The notes under the pieces are model-generated. The model saw only the letters and a list, made by a program, of their open reading frames with translations. It had not been told where the DNA came from and made no database searches. From contig NIVC01001286.1 of assembly GCA_002269645.1 (NCBI GenBank), forward strand, positions 62,001 to 126,000: 64,000 nucleotides of DNA. Reading direction: 5' to 3'. The DNA is from Macrostomum lignano (Eukaryota). The translations under genes and the position numbers were made by a program. Position 1 is the stretch's first letter; each line of letters opens with the position of its first letter. This document shows positions 1 to 13,835 of this stretch, piece after piece.

Positions 1-3000
1 GCGCCTCTCCAGCTCCGCCTCCAGTGCGATGCCAACTGCTTCCTGAGAGATTTAGGTTGGATTACTTGTAGTAGTTAAAATTCAAAGTGGTGTAGATTTA
101 GTGATGTAGTACGCGAGCACTTGGCATATGAGAAAATATCTACAAGTCTTCGAATTCATTTTGAGTCCTGCAACATGTGAGCGATTCCCCAATGAATCAC
201 ATTCACAAATGGTCCTGAAATTGTTCGTTTGACATTATGACATTAAGTAAACGACCGCTAGGAAATATATTTAAGTGGACAAAGATTCAAACAGATAAAG
301 TGAAGAGGACAAATAATCATATGAGACAGTGAGAGTCAAGTGGACAAAGAGTCAAGTGGACAAAGAGTCAAGTGGACAAAGAGTCAAGTGGACAAAGAGT
401 CAAGTGGACAAAGAGTCAAGTGGACAAAGAGTCAAGTGGACAAAGAGTCAAGTGGACAAAGAGTCAAGTGGACAAAGAGTCAAGTGGACAAAGAGTCAAG
501 TGAACAAAGAGTCAAGTGGACAAAGAGTCAAGTGGACAAAGAGTCAAGTGGACAAAGAGTCAAGTGGAGAAAGAGTCAAGTGAACAAAGAGTCAAGTGGA
601 CAAAGAGTCAAGTGGACAAAGAGTCAAGTGGACAAAGAGTCAAGTGGACAAAGAGTCAAGTGGACAAAGAGTCAAGTGAACAAAGAGTCAAGTGGACAAA
701 GAGTCAAGTGGACAAAGAATCAAGTGGACAAAGAGTCAAGTGAACAAAGAGTCAAGTGGACAAAGAGTCAAGTGGACAAAGAGTCAAGTGGACAAAGAGT
801 CAAGTGGACAAAGAGTCAAGTGGACAAAGAGTCAAGTGGACAAAGAGTCAAGTGGACAAAGAGTCAACTGGACAAAGAGTCAAGTGGACAAAGAGTCAAG
901 TGGACAAAGAGTCAAGTGGACAAAGAGTCAAGTGGACAAAGAGTCAAGTGGACAAAGAGTCAAGTGGACAAAGAGTCAACTGGACAAAGATTCACTGTTA
1001 ACCTCCAATAGAGTTGTCTTATTTCTCACCTGCGACGGAGTTGGACAAGTGTAACAGCAGTTCCTGTGCACCACCTGCAGATGCTTGATCAGCTCTTCCG
1101 GTCCAATTGACCATCCGAGCTTCCAGCCAGTTGCGCTGAACGTTTTACCAGCGCTGCCAACGGTGATGGTGCGCTCCCACATGCCCGGCAGAGTTGCTAT
1201 GCGCCGATGCCGATGGCCCGGGTACACCTAGACCAATTAGAGGGTCGAAAATCGATTTACATTTAGATTTTGAGAAAATATAAATACTCGCATCCCAGAT
1301 TGTATTATTCATTTCGTAGTCACTATTACAAAAATTAAACTAATAATATGCTCGTAATATTTGTTTCATTTTTCTGCCATTTCTTGTTCTAGAACTCTTA
1401 TACGACTCAGCTTCAGGTATTAAACGACGATTAGATTTTATAAAGCAAGGTTTATTTGTAGCCCGTATATTATATTTAATAAGTGTTAGAGCTACATGCA
1501 ATGGTACATTAATAATAATAATAATAATAATAATACTTGATTACACCTGCCCCAATGGGCAGATGTGCAACCGACAGCTCAGCCGCAGCTATTGCGCGGC
1601 ACATCTGAAGGCTGCGTACGGCTGTTCAGTCCAAGGACTGGGGGGTCGCCACACACACACCCTCAATTACCCCAGCTAATGCTGGCACCCATTTTACAGC
1701 TGGGTGAGCTGAAGCAATGCAGAGAGTTAAGTGTCTTGCTCAAGGACACAAATTGTTCCAGTGGGATCGGGAATCGAACCTCCGACCTTCAAGTCGTGAG
1801 TCCGACGCTCTAGCCACTAGGCAACAACGTAAATAGCAACGGCCGTTAAATTCGTGACCACTACAAAAGGAGCTTCGAGCTGATCTATTCATGGCTGTTT
1901 GCATTGTAACCTGCCTAAATATTTACTTCCGTGTTAAGATCTACTATAGACAAGGATGCAGAAAGAGCGGTTGAGCAGCTCAGAGGTAACGCGTCTGACT
2001 CCCGCATCCGGGTTAGATTTTGTGCTCGGTGCAGGGTAACCTGGGTCTGGTGGACAAAAGTTGGCCTTACAAAGTGATGAACCCCAATGATGCAGAGTGT
2101 ATCGAATAAAGCGCCTATAGACGAGAAAGTCAGGGCCGCTGTGCACTCTATGTGAGCGTGTGATTTAGTACGTAACCGTGTGCGTGTAAGGGCTCAAGGG
2201 TCGACGGAATGGACACGAGGGCTTGAATACTCGTGGCTGCAGGTCGGCTGTCGCTTTGATATGCAGCAGCACCCAGAGCCCCCCTACGAAATGACTGACT
2301 TGACTATCACTGATTTGCCAGATAATCATCAACCTATGCAAACACGTAGCTACATGTACTAATACGTACGCATTAAACCGCAACAACTCCTAACTAACCG
2401 ATCAATCTTACCAGCCATTCGTACACTTCGTCGCTAAGACACAAAACATCGTGCTTGCAGCACAGCTCGGCAAGCAATTTCAATTCGTCAGAGTCGAACA
2501 CCTTGCCAATTGGATTATTTGGCGTGTTCATTATCAACATTTTGGTTCGAGGCGTGAAGGCGGCCCGGAGCTGCTCGGCATCCCAGCGCCAGTCCTGCGC
2601 AGAACGATGGCGTTGGTTCTGAGTGGTCGACCTGTCATCAGCGGATGGTCGCAGCGGAACAAAGACCGGCTGCCCACCGGCAGAACGGACCATTGGCTCG
2701 TAGCAGTCGAAAAACGGCTCAATGATGACTACTTCGTCGCCTTCATCAACTAGAGAGTGGATAGCGGAATAAAGACACATGTAGGCACCGTTGGAGATTA
2801 GAATATTCTTCATCGGATCAATTGGATTCTGCAGCTCTGTGGTGTACAGCTTGGCCAGAGCATTTACCAGTCTGGGATGACCCTAAAACGGTGGAAAGTT
2901 CTTCATAGGCATCTCAAGCGAGTCTGTGTTAAGGCTTGATGTTGAATAATCTACTCACGTATCCCCTGGTGTACTGGTGAAACATTGGGTTAGAGGAATT

Positions 3001-3426
3001 GGCCACTGAAGCAAGTGCATCGGTTGCAGACTTTGGTGGCGCATAGTCTGGGAAGCCCTGAAGGAACAGTTGGAAATAGAGATACGCCGAATTGGAGAGA
3101 AAAACTTTAGTTAGCATTGTTCAAAAATGAATTCGACTTATTTTAGAAAGCCGCTAAAGACCAAAATCATGCTACAGATTCGTGTTTGACATGATTATTT
3201 AATGCTACATAACTCACCTGTCCCAAATTGAGAGCATTGTGTTTCACAGCAAGAGCAAAGTACATCACCCTGAAATTATCCGTTATCAAATTTTAGTTAT
3301 TTATCTTGTCAACTCTAATTAAAGTTAACAGTACTAAAAATTAATCAGAACATCAAGTACAAACCAGATATTTTCAACTTTGGAAAAGGCTTCCAAACGT
3401 TTTGCAATCTTGAAACGGCTTGTCAT
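1..3426 (-). CDS. KYAT: Kynurenine--oxoglutarate / glutamine transaminase (KYAT1/KYAT3-like), paralog A; 3' end runs off the left edge
   Basis: Exons 3426-3365, 3269-3218, 3057-2959, 2882-2412, 1227-1030, 42-<1, all GT-AG with compatible phases. Spliced protein has NLGQ|GFPD, HQYTRGY|GHPRL, EPFFDCY, LNTPNNP-type MNTPNNPIGKV, SDEVYEWL and the PLP-lysine motif GSAGKTFSATGWKLGW, typical of class I/II aminotransferases of the KAT family. Confidence 0.93.
329..995 (+). repeat. 16-bp tandem array (GAGTCAAGTGGACAAA)n in a KAT-A intron
   Basis: About 41 near-perfect units; explains the 16-aa-periodic ORFs at 329-1054. Confidence 0.97.
1512..1825 (-). mobile_element. tRNA-derived SINE, family A (CORE-like central domain)
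   Basis: On -: A box TAGTGGCTAGAGC, B box GGTTCGATTCC, then TGTGTCCTTGAGCAAGACACTTAACTCTCTG...CTGTAAAATGGG, and (TAT)n tail. Homologous copies at 11592, 39470 and 51046. Confidence 0.85.
1965..2170 (+). mobile_element. Dispersed repeat, putative SINE family C
   Basis: CAGCTCAGAGGTAACGCGTCTGACT tRNA-like head and AGAAAGTCAGGGCCGCTG block shared with 3875-4075 and 24880-24970. Confidence 0.55.
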
Positions 3427-3874
3427 GCTGCTTGTTGGCTTTGGTTTGTTGGTAATAACAATTTTTGTCTGAAATTAAGCAACTTAAAATTAAAAAAAAT
3501 TAAACACTATACATTCCTAAAATATTTAGTAAAATTAAACTAATTTATCATTTAACAATTTCCGAAATGAGTATTCATTCAATTTTATTTTTATTTTAAT
3601 TGCGTTAACTACAATTTGATTAGTGCTTAAGAACAAACATTGACTATGGTTTCATGTAAATTCATCAAGTAATTGATAATAAATCACTGAAAATGATAAC
3701 AGATTCGCAGAAAATGCACCTTCGTAGCATTCCGATAGATTTAGTGCGATTATATAGAGCAACAAAAACAACAGACTACGGATACGATCGTATAAAACAC
3801 TACGTGTAATAAACATATTTAATATAGCAAGTTCGTATACTGCCGTGGAAACAGGCAATTTTAAGGAGACTGCA

Positions 3875-4075
3875 AAACAGCTCCAAGGTAAACGCGTCTG
3901 AATCTCGATTCCGTGTGCGGCCATCCATTTTGGGCCTGTGTGCACGAAAATTCGCCGGAAGTCGTCGTGCGATTCACATCCGGGAGGACCAAACCCCGAG
4001 GCGCAGAGACTGTACATGCCTGACGATTAGAAAGTCAGAACCGCTGTCCACCCCTGTGTCAGCCTGCAAATAAGT
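3875..4075 (+). mobile_element. Putative SINE family C copy
   Basis: CAGCTCCAAGGTAAACGCGTCTGA head and TGTACATGCCTGACGATTAGAAAGTCAG block. Confidence 0.55.
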
Positions 4076-4394
4076 GCGTGCCTGCGCGAAGAGTATCCAG
4101 GAGTCAGCAGAATTGCTGAGGCAGAATTGGGACAAATTTCGCCGAAGGCGTTGCGTCGGGGTGCTCAGAACCCTCCTACGATCTACTCATACCTCGTAGA
4201 GATAGATGGTCTCAAAAACATAAAAGGCCTTTCAAGATATAAAACAGCAAATATACGAGTAGCTAACGCCCTAAGTGCAGAAAGTTGGACAGTTAATAGT
4301 TGCAAAAACGAAAGTGGTCTAATTTAAGTTTCAACCCAGGTGAATGTAGAGTTTCTAATCACCAAATGGATTCAAAATCTACAATTTACAACTT

Positions 4395-6612
4395 TTATCC
4401 AATTATTGAAGACGACGCAGCCAAAGAATCAGCCGCAGCCAAAGCAGCCTCTAAAAGCTTCAAGCCCTCCACCAGGGTCTCCCGTCGCTTATTTAAGCAC
4501 AATCGCAAGTAGCCGTGACCAACTGTGCAACGAAATTCTTCCGAATAGAACATCGACGCTGGAATAGTTGCCAAGCGGATTTTCTTCGTTATCAGTTCAA
4601 CAATTGACACGTCCGAAGCTGGCCCTTTGGAAGCTGATGTATCCCTTAGCAACGGCAGTAATCTGGGAGCAACGGGAACCAGCATGAACCAGCCGCCGCT
4701 GGGTATCACGCAGGACAGGCCCATGCGAGACAACTCAGCCACGGCGAGATCACGATTCGCTTTTACATGACTTCTCAGCTTGGCTAGGCAGGAATCGTCC
4801 TTGCCTTTAATATTGTTGAGTTCAGAGCGAAACACCCGACCAATAGCGGCTTGCAGAGGACTGGCTACGCTGAAAACTACTTCGCTTTGAACCGTGACCA
4901 CGTGACTAATCAGCGCGGCAGGTCCGACGCACCAGCCTACGCGCCAGCCAGTGATGTTAAAACATTTGCCAGCGCTGCTCACCGTTATAGTTCGGTCCCA
5001 CATACCTGAATGTAATTGATTGTAAAAGATAAATTATAATTTTTATCTGTTTGCAGCCACATTCGTCGGAGTCAGTACAAAAAATTGTCGTATAAATACC
5101 TGGCATTGTAGCCATCCTCAAACGTTCACCGCTGTCAGTTAAAACCATCCATTCGTAGACCTCGTCGCTTAAGCAAACGACATCGTGTTTTTGGCACAGC
5201 TCCGCCAATACCAACAACTCATCGCGGTTGTACACTTTCCCCAACGGATTCTGTGGAGAATTCAGTACTAATAGTTTGGTTCGCTGCGAAAATACGCTGT
5301 CTAATTGGTAACGATCCCACTGCCAATCGTTTGCATTGACACTTGTTGCGCCATCTGTTGAGGACTTTGGTGGCAACAGAGGTACGAACACTGGCTTAGC
5401 ACCGACAGCTTGAACCATAGACGGGTAGCAGTCGTAGTGCGGGTCAATTATAACCACTTCGTCGCCCGGGTTCACTAGAGCGTTGATCACATTAAATATG
5501 CAGCCCTGGAATGAAACGGCCGCATTAATTAGATGCTCGTGCAGGGACGTTCGTCGGGGCGTTTAATGCAAATCTCATAGGCGCAGATTGTTTACAATGT
5601 CTGATGATAGAATGTCTGTTATTGTACACTCTATGCTGCTTTTGTGTGTTCCTGCGTAAGTAGATATAATACGCGGGTACGTGCCTGTTCCGCAGTCAGC
5701 GGCGTGGACATAAATTAGCTAACGAAAAAAATATCTATATAACCTCAGCCCTTCTGAAATTATTTTTAAGTGCAACAATAACATACAACTCACTTGAGCA
5801 CCAATGCCTACAGACAAACAGCCATCTTCAGGCCGAATTTTATGGCTCATCTCGGTTGTGTAAACATCAGCCAAAGCTGAAATAAGTTCTGGATGCCCAA
5901 CCAATGGTGCATATTGATGCGTAGCAGCTGATATCTTGCAGTCACTGATGGCATCTTCTAGGACAGAAGTGAGAGCTTTAGACAATTCAACTGGTGGATT
6001 GTAATCTGGAGCACCCTGCGTGGGTAGAGGGTTGTAGACTATTAGTTTTTTCCCTCACTTTTTAAACACAAATTTTGGTTGAATAAAGGCATCTTTGATT
6101 GATTTAAACATTTACATCAAATATTCAGTAATTTCAACTTTCAAATAGTAAAAAAAGAAATTAATGAGAAGACATTTAAAACTTTGAACTTTTTGATAGC
6201 TACAGACAATTATGAGTAGCATAATGTCATGGTCAACTTATTAATCTATTTCATTGTGTTGACTTGAACAATGTGTCAATCAATTCTTCTATGATTACTC
6301 TTATAAAATCATGCAATTTTGTACATGAAAAGTTTCTTACCAGGCCCAAGTTGACTTTTGCATATTTATCAGCCAATGCTTTGCAGCTTGCCCTAAAAAT
6401 AAATCAATAAATACTATAAGTTGTACTCTTGGTAGATATAGTTTCTAGATTTCAAACAATTTTTCAGAGTGGTTATAGACTTCAAATTATAGAACTATAT
6501 ATATAAACTAATATAATTTTGGGGTATATAAAACAGTATTAATTTAAAAAACTTACCATAAATTTAGTGTTACATGGGAGTATCTGCTAGCAATTTTAAC
6601 CTTTAATGACAT
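4395..6612 (-). CDS. Divergent KAT-like PLP aminotransferase, paralog B (about 448 aa)
   Basis: Exons 6612-6557, 6392-6341, 6015-5794, 5505-5100, 5005-4395 (1347 nt, in frame). Motifs VNLGL|GAPD, HQYAPLVGHPEL, DPHYDCY, LNSPQNPLGKV, SDEVYEW, SSAGKCFNITGWRVGW, GYLRLCLNK. Confidence 0.9.
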
Positions 6613-8509
6613 GTTAGTTGTTTAAATTCATAAATATAATAATCAAATTTTATTTTTTAAATACAACAATTAATTTAGACTTTTTAATATTTAAAAGTAG
6701 GTTCTGCATGCAAATAGCAATGAAAATTTATTAATGAGTCAGAATTTTCCTACTTTGTCAATATATCAATATTACAAAGGCCTTAGAGGGCAGACGTTTT
6801 TAAGCTAAATTGTTAAACTTGAAATCATATAGTTTTTTAATAAAAAAAGGTTAAAATTAACAACATTATTTAAAAATTTTCAATTAAAAAAGATACTAGA
6901 ACTGAAACCAAGAAATACATTTTTGCCTCAAAATACACCTAAAACTTTAAGGTTCTAAGAAATTTACTGTTAAAGGTAATATATATTTTCTTATGGTTCT
7001 AATTATATGAGTATCTAATTGCTAAACTAATATCTACCAATACTACTGGCAATAGTAAATCTAAAGTAAGGCTAAGGAGAAAGAGGTCATGCGGCCCATG
7101 CCACCCTTAGCCTTAGCTGGAGGCTGGAGCCAAAAAATTGCCAAATATATAAAAATAGTTCTTTAAAAATAAAATGCATAGCAGGTATGAAGTTTGATAT
7201 TTGCCAAAACTTGAAACTTGCCATCTGAAAAACTAAAAAGAATAAGCATTAATTAAGGAAAGTTGTCTGTGAATTCGGAACATAGTGGAAAAAACAATCA
7301 GAAAGGAAGCACAAATCTTTAGAACGATGTACGATCGTTCTTATAAAACTTCACTTTTAAATCTGATCGTAAAGATTAAGATATCTTCTTTGGGCATTAG
7401 AATGCAATTATAATAGCTTAACAAAAAAGTTAAAATCAAATCGGTGCAAATTCTTTTTCAGAGACAACAAGTAACATTTTATTTTGTTAATGTGCTTCAC
7501 TGCGATAATTTTTTGGTTTTCGTTTCAAAGAAGCGTGCATGTACAGTCTACATTTTATTACATGTGCAATCACGCATCCCGTGTAGATTAGTTTGTAATT
7601 CGTTATCTTACCACTTACAATTTTTATATACAGTCAGTAATGTCTATACTTTTGGTCAGATTTGTTTTATATTGCTGCATGCTAGTATCTTTATTTACTG
7701 AAATAGCTGAAGGGATCTTAGGATCTGCTGTCCAAGGTGAGTTGTGTTAGTAATTTGTAATTACCATGCCTTTTTAAAATTGGTTTTGAGGGTCATTTAT
7801 TTGCATTGAATTGTCCAGCTTTTTACTCCACATTTTAAACAGCAATCATTTTCCTGACATTTAAAAATAATTTTTTCTTTTATAATTAAATTGATAATTA
7901 ATAATAAAATTCTATTACGACAGAACAAAAGCATAACGGAACAACACAAAATTTATAAATTAGCAACTATAACTTACAGTGTAAATAGGGTAACTGGAAA
8001 CGGTTAAACCAACATGGATGCCATTTTAGGTCATCGTTTATTAATATAAGGATTCAGGAAAATTGGAATTAATCATACCCAAGGCTTGCTGATGAAATTT
8101 ATAAGCATTCTTCTGCATAATTAAAACATAGTGGTTATTTTTCGATGTACTTTTAATAGGTATTTCGATGTCGGAGCATTTTGATTTAGAAGAATTAAGA
8201 CTCAAATTTTAGAATGCTGAAATCAATGATTATTAAAGTCAAAATTCACTTACAAAATTCTGCCATTATTGTAATCATACTGAATTTTTGGAGTTAAAGT
8301 TCTTGCTTTAAAAAGAGCCTTTTAATGTATCATTATGTAAATATGTATATCAATGTACAATAACTGCAAAACTTCTTGATTTAACAGCCTATATCAGTAT
8401 ATTTCAGGATCAATTGAGCAGTAAACTTAAGTGTTAAGTATTTTAAAACAGTTGATTTATATTTTTTTATCGATAGGTTTAAGGTATCTAAATTTAAATT
8501 GTAATTTTT

Positions 8510-11500
8510 ATGTATTTTTTGGTCATAACATTGAATATCTGTCAAACTTTGTGTTTAATGGTATTGTACTTTTTTCATTTATGATAAATTTAAGGATTTC
8601 TGATTCCATTTACAGTTTTCATACCTTTCAGAATACCTTAAGAGTCACCTGTCGTCATATGACTTAATCGAATCAAATAGGCTGATCAGTAAACGAAGCA
8701 TTGGAATGGAGACCAAAACAGTTAAGTTGGTAGCTTTTAACAGGTAAGCCCTGACTGATTTTGACGATTAAAAACACTTCCCATTATAGAGTTGGAGTAC
8801 TTATGTCTGCAACTTCTATTTTAGAACATTTAGTCTAGTTTTGACACCGGAAAAGTCTGAAGCACTGGATTCAAATATTTCTATTTCTGTAATGGATTCA
8901 ACTTTAGATGAGAAGTCAAGGTTGAACTATTCCTCTGAAATTTTGAGTGGTTTCTACACTGGTGTTGTTGATGGTAATCTTTTTCAGTGAAAATATGAGT
9001 CGCGATTTTAATAAAATAAACAAACTACTTTATAAACTTTATGCAAATAATACAACTTAAAAATCTATAGGCGACCCGAAGTCAAAAGTCAGAGGTTATT
9101 TTACTGCAAATCAACTGCTGTGCTCGATATACTTTGGCAATGGCGAAGTATTAAGCATTGAGGTGATTATAGCTCAAGTCTGATTGTTAATTTCCATGCT
9201 GCATACACACATTTTCTAACACTTCTTTTCTCGTTTCAATTTTGAAGCCACTGGCAAAATTTACCGAAAATGCATCTGAAACTCAACTTCTGGCATACTA
9301 CGATTCACAATTGAAAGACAGGTAAAGACAGACATTTTACTCTCAGTAGTGCTCATAATTTTAATTTCCTTTTTCATAAAATGATTTGCTTACCTTCAAT
9401 TGCTTTTCTTCTGCTACTCCAGTGTTCCCGGGGCTTGTGAAACAAGCGAAAATTCATCAAAGGCAAAGAACTACAGTTCCAATGGTAGACAGCGGTTTAT
9501 ATCGAGGTCTAATAATATATCTGCTACTACTTCAAGTAGGTCGATACGATCAGCAGAATATGAACGGTACACCTGCTCCATAAAAGTTGTTGTTGATCAT
9601 TTATTTTATGACCGAATCGGTATAAGCCACATTGGTTCAACTATGAGGACCATTGTTAAAATAATTGACGACGTTAATGAGGTATTCTTCACTACTAAGA
9701 TGCCGCATCCGACAGACGCTGGGAAAACTTTACCATCAATCGGATTTAAATTGGCGTCACTGTTCGTTTTCACCAAGCCGGACAAATCGCCCGACTCCCT
9801 TAACGCGGCTCTCGTTCCGAAGAAAGCTTATTCAGCCGCAAAACTATTGAAACAGTTTAGCAAAATCGAGCGTAAGTTTGCGGATTTATACAGTCACTGC
9901 CTAAATCATCTGTTCACCTATAGGTAAGTTGTATTTATTTATATTGAATTTGAAAAATTATTTTACGGCTTGGGCTTTTAAAAATTGATCTGAGGAATTT
10001 TGTACGCGGAGTGTTACCTGTAATTAGCCGTGATGTAGGAGCGGAGTTAATTATTAAAACGAAATCACTAATTGGGGAGTCCCCACCCAACGGCTACTAA
10101 TTAGAAGGACTCGTAGAAGGACGTGCAAACCTAGACATCTAGACAGTGAGCCCGGATTGTTTGAAGGTAACACGCCAGAGGCGTGCCCGTCACCAGTCAC
10201 CTGTACAGACGAAGGTTCTTGACTCCAACTGTACTAGAAAAGGCCGATTAAGGGACTATGCGAGGCATACGAAGGACAATCTCGTCAGAGCTGGAAACTA
10301 AGACTTTTGCATAGGGGGATCTTTTAGCTGGTGAAAGATTTTATAAATAACGTAGATAATACGTAACAACATCTAATGTCTTTCCTCCTAGATGGGTTCG
10401 ATGCGGCAGGGGATGGGGAGTGCAGGTCCCAGAGCTCTTCCCCTCGTGGTGGACATTCTATGGGGACTTATTTAGAAGTGCAGTTACTGCACTATAGTTA
10501 ATCATTTTTTTTAATTCGGCTAATACTCGGTGATCTTCCAATCTGGTCCTCAGCTTCTATTCCTTGCCCTGCGATAGGCGCACTCACTACTCACAACTCA
10601 AAAGGACTCAAAACTGGCTCCTATTTATAGCCGTGATGCATGCATGTATTGAAGGCCATAACCTGCCCTTGGCCTCCGTTATCAAGCAGCCCTGATGACG
10701 TCACCCGTCAGTTGCGCTGTGATTGGACGTGAAACTGGCTGGAGCGCAGCGGAGAAAATGGTTTAGGAGGGGGGGGATTACGTAGCAGGCGGGAAAAAGA
10801 GCTTGAAGGGATAGGGATAAAAAATTGTCACACGCACGACTGATTTTGAACAATAGAAAAGAGGTGGGGTTGATCCGCGGAGGAGTGGGTGGGTGATGAG
10901 TCATAACAATACTCACAGACAGACAGGGTTCTATTGGAGCAGAATAAGTTAAGATTGAAGGATTAGGAGATTGTGAGCAATGGGGGAGATCGGGCTTTGA
11001 CGATACCCTAGGGCAGCGCAGCTAGCAGATCACTTACAGACGCGACCGACGGGTAGGGTTGCTTGGCGGGGTGGTCTTATCGGATGGTCACGGCGGCGGC
11101 TGCAGTCACGGACAATCAGTCCAGATAAGACGCGTCAGAAAGAAGGTTAAAATCAAGACGTGTCACCACGAGAGTTGAGAGAGGAAGAATAAAACACTCA
11201 AAAAATTTAAATGTGGGGCGAACGGCTGCTGCTCAGGGCTCAAAACGGGCTCTGATTTATATCCCTGACATCACGTGAGCATGATGCGTGTTATTGAAGG
11301 CTGTGACCAAGGACTACTCAGCTAGAAACACGAGATGCTACGTACGTTTCTTAGAATATGTTAATGAGGCTGGTTTTCGCCGAAAACTACACTACGGAGA
11401 TAGGAACTTTTCACTTTTTTCATATTAAAATTGTTATTGCTTTCGATAGGAGGCAGACCTAATGTTCATCTTTAGATGTCTTGTGCCTTTCTTATAGCTC

Positions 11501-12965
11501 TATTGATATTCATTAACCTTTTCGTTTCGAAAATTCAGAAAATCTTCTGAAAAAAAATGCTGAAAAATAAATAACGTCTACCTCCCTAGAAGCCTAAAAG
11601 CATGAATAGAGCGTCGGACTCACGACAAGAAGGCCGTAGGTTCGATTCCTGCTAAATGGGTGCCAGCATTAGCTGGAGTAATTGAGGATGTGTGTGGCGA
11701 TCCCCCAGTCCTTGGACTGAACAGCCGTACGCAGCCTTCAGATGCGCTGCGCAATAGCTGCGGCTGAGCTGTCGGCTGCACATCTGGCCCAATTGGAGCA
11801 GGTGTAATCAATTATTATTTTTTTATTACTATAATTATTTTTTTAATAATTCTTTCAGACCAATGCAAAGAAACGTGCTGGGCTTGGCCCGGGTCGGCAC
11901 TCCGTGCTTGTACGGCAATATCGGCCTGACTTCCCACAGCCAATCCTCCGGTCTTCCTCTGCTATTCCGTCAAGCTGTGTTGGTGACCGCGCACGAATTT
12001 GGTCACAACATGGGCAGCATGCACGATCCGCTCGGAGATTTAAAGTGCTCGCCAGATCCGGCCCACGGTGGCAAATTCCTGATGCACGAAAAAGCGGTTC
12101 AGGGATTTCACAAGAATAATGAGAGATTTTCACCCTGCAGCATTAGTGCCATGGCTGAAGTTATTGAGGTGGGACGAATTCGTGTGCTCTGATTTTGTCT
12201 AAGGAATCCCAAGGAGAACCCCGTTTGAGAAATCCCCAGTAGAATCCCCATTAGGGAAACCCCGAGATGGAAATCCCGAGGAGAATCCGACTTGGGGAGT
12301 CCCGAGGAGAATCCGGCTTGGTAAATCCTGGGGAGATTTCGGCTTGGGGAGTCCCGAGAAGAATCCGGCTTAAGGAATCCCGAGAAGAATCCGGCTTGGA
12401 GAATCCCGAGGAGAATTCGGCTTTGGGAATCCTGCGAAGAATCTTGCTTCGGCAATTATGAGTAGAGTCCCACGTGGAGAATCCTGAGGAGTATCCAACT
12501 TAAGGAATCCTGAAGAATTCATTTGTCTGCTGAATCCCATGCCAGTCTCATATTTTAGCGATTCGAGATGCACTAAATTTGTCATTAGAGAATCCCAATT
12601 CTGAAAGAAACTCCCTCTAGACTACTTTTCTATGAATCATGGGGGTGAACACCCTGTCATGGAAATCCCATGAGGAATCCGCTGAACAGGGATCTGACAA
12701 ACCTTATGAAACTCTGCAGCAAGCGATGAAATACTGTCTGATAAAGACTGGTCCAGTAATGTGCGGCAATTACCGACTCGACCCAGGCGAGGAATGCGAC
12801 GCGGGCATCAGTGGCGACCACTGTTGCCATGGCAACTGCAAATTTAAACCGGGTGCCGTTTGCAGTGATGCAAACTGGCCTTGCTGCAGCAACTGCAAGG
12901 TTTCTATTGCGCTCGCTTTTTTCCATTTCTGTCTGTCTGTCTTTCTGTCTGTCTGTCTGTCTTAG

Positions 12966-13014
<49 letters not shown>

Positions 13015-13803
13015 GCCTGTCTGTGTCTATTTGTCTGTCTATCTGCAATTGTCTATTGCCCTGCCTCACAAGCCCCGCTGCCCCGCCCCAGGTCGCCTCC
13101 AAGGGCACCATCTGCCTGCCAGAGTCACCCCTGCGGCCCTGCCGCGGTCCGTCCCGCTGCACTGGCTCCAGAGTCGACTGCCCGTCGCCGTCGCCACTGG
13201 CACCCGACGGCTCCGTGTGCAACAGCGGCATCGGCAAATGCCTGACCGGCGTCTGCGTGTCGGCCTGCTATCCCAACCTCGAATGCGCCTGCCCGGAGCC
13301 TCAGCACTCCTGCTTGCTTTGCTGTCGACGCGAGAATGGGGCAGATCAGAGCTGCTACCCGCTTGAACTACACGGCGGTAGAGTTAACCTGCCCGTTGAT
13401 TGGCCGTGTCGCTGGCAGGGCACCGGCGAGTTCAGGCGCCGGTGCACAGACAAAGGCACCTGCTCGATGTCATTGTCTACGGGGGCAGGTGATATTGTTC
13501 GAGGAGTAACTGGAGACTCTGAGGACAAGCCAAGTGGAAAGACCGGCGTTAGACTCATGCGGTTGAGCGTCTCGTACAGTGGAGGTCAGTCAGTCAGTCA
13601 GTCAGTCAGTCAGTCAGTCAGTCAGTCAGTCAGTCAGTCAGTCAGTCAGTCAGTCAGTCAGTCAGTCAGTCAGTCAGTCAGTCAGTCAGTCAGTCAGTCA
13701 GTCAGTCAGTCAGTCAGTCAGTCAGTCAGTCAGTCAGTCAGTCAGTCAGTCAGTCAGTCAGTCAGTCAGTCAGTCAGTCAGTCAGTCAGTCAGTCAGTCA
13801 GTC

Positions 13804-13835
<32 letters not shown>

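Noticed and set aside
1740-1825. tRNA genes at SINE heads (also 29386, 51270, 57570-57620)
   Set aside because: A/B boxes are present but I could not fold complete cloverleafs, and the heads continue into SINE bodies.
7067-7115. 11-bp inverted repeat TAAGGCTAAGG / CCTTAGCCTTA
   Set aside because: Too short, with no TSD or second copy to call a MITE or regulatory hairpin.
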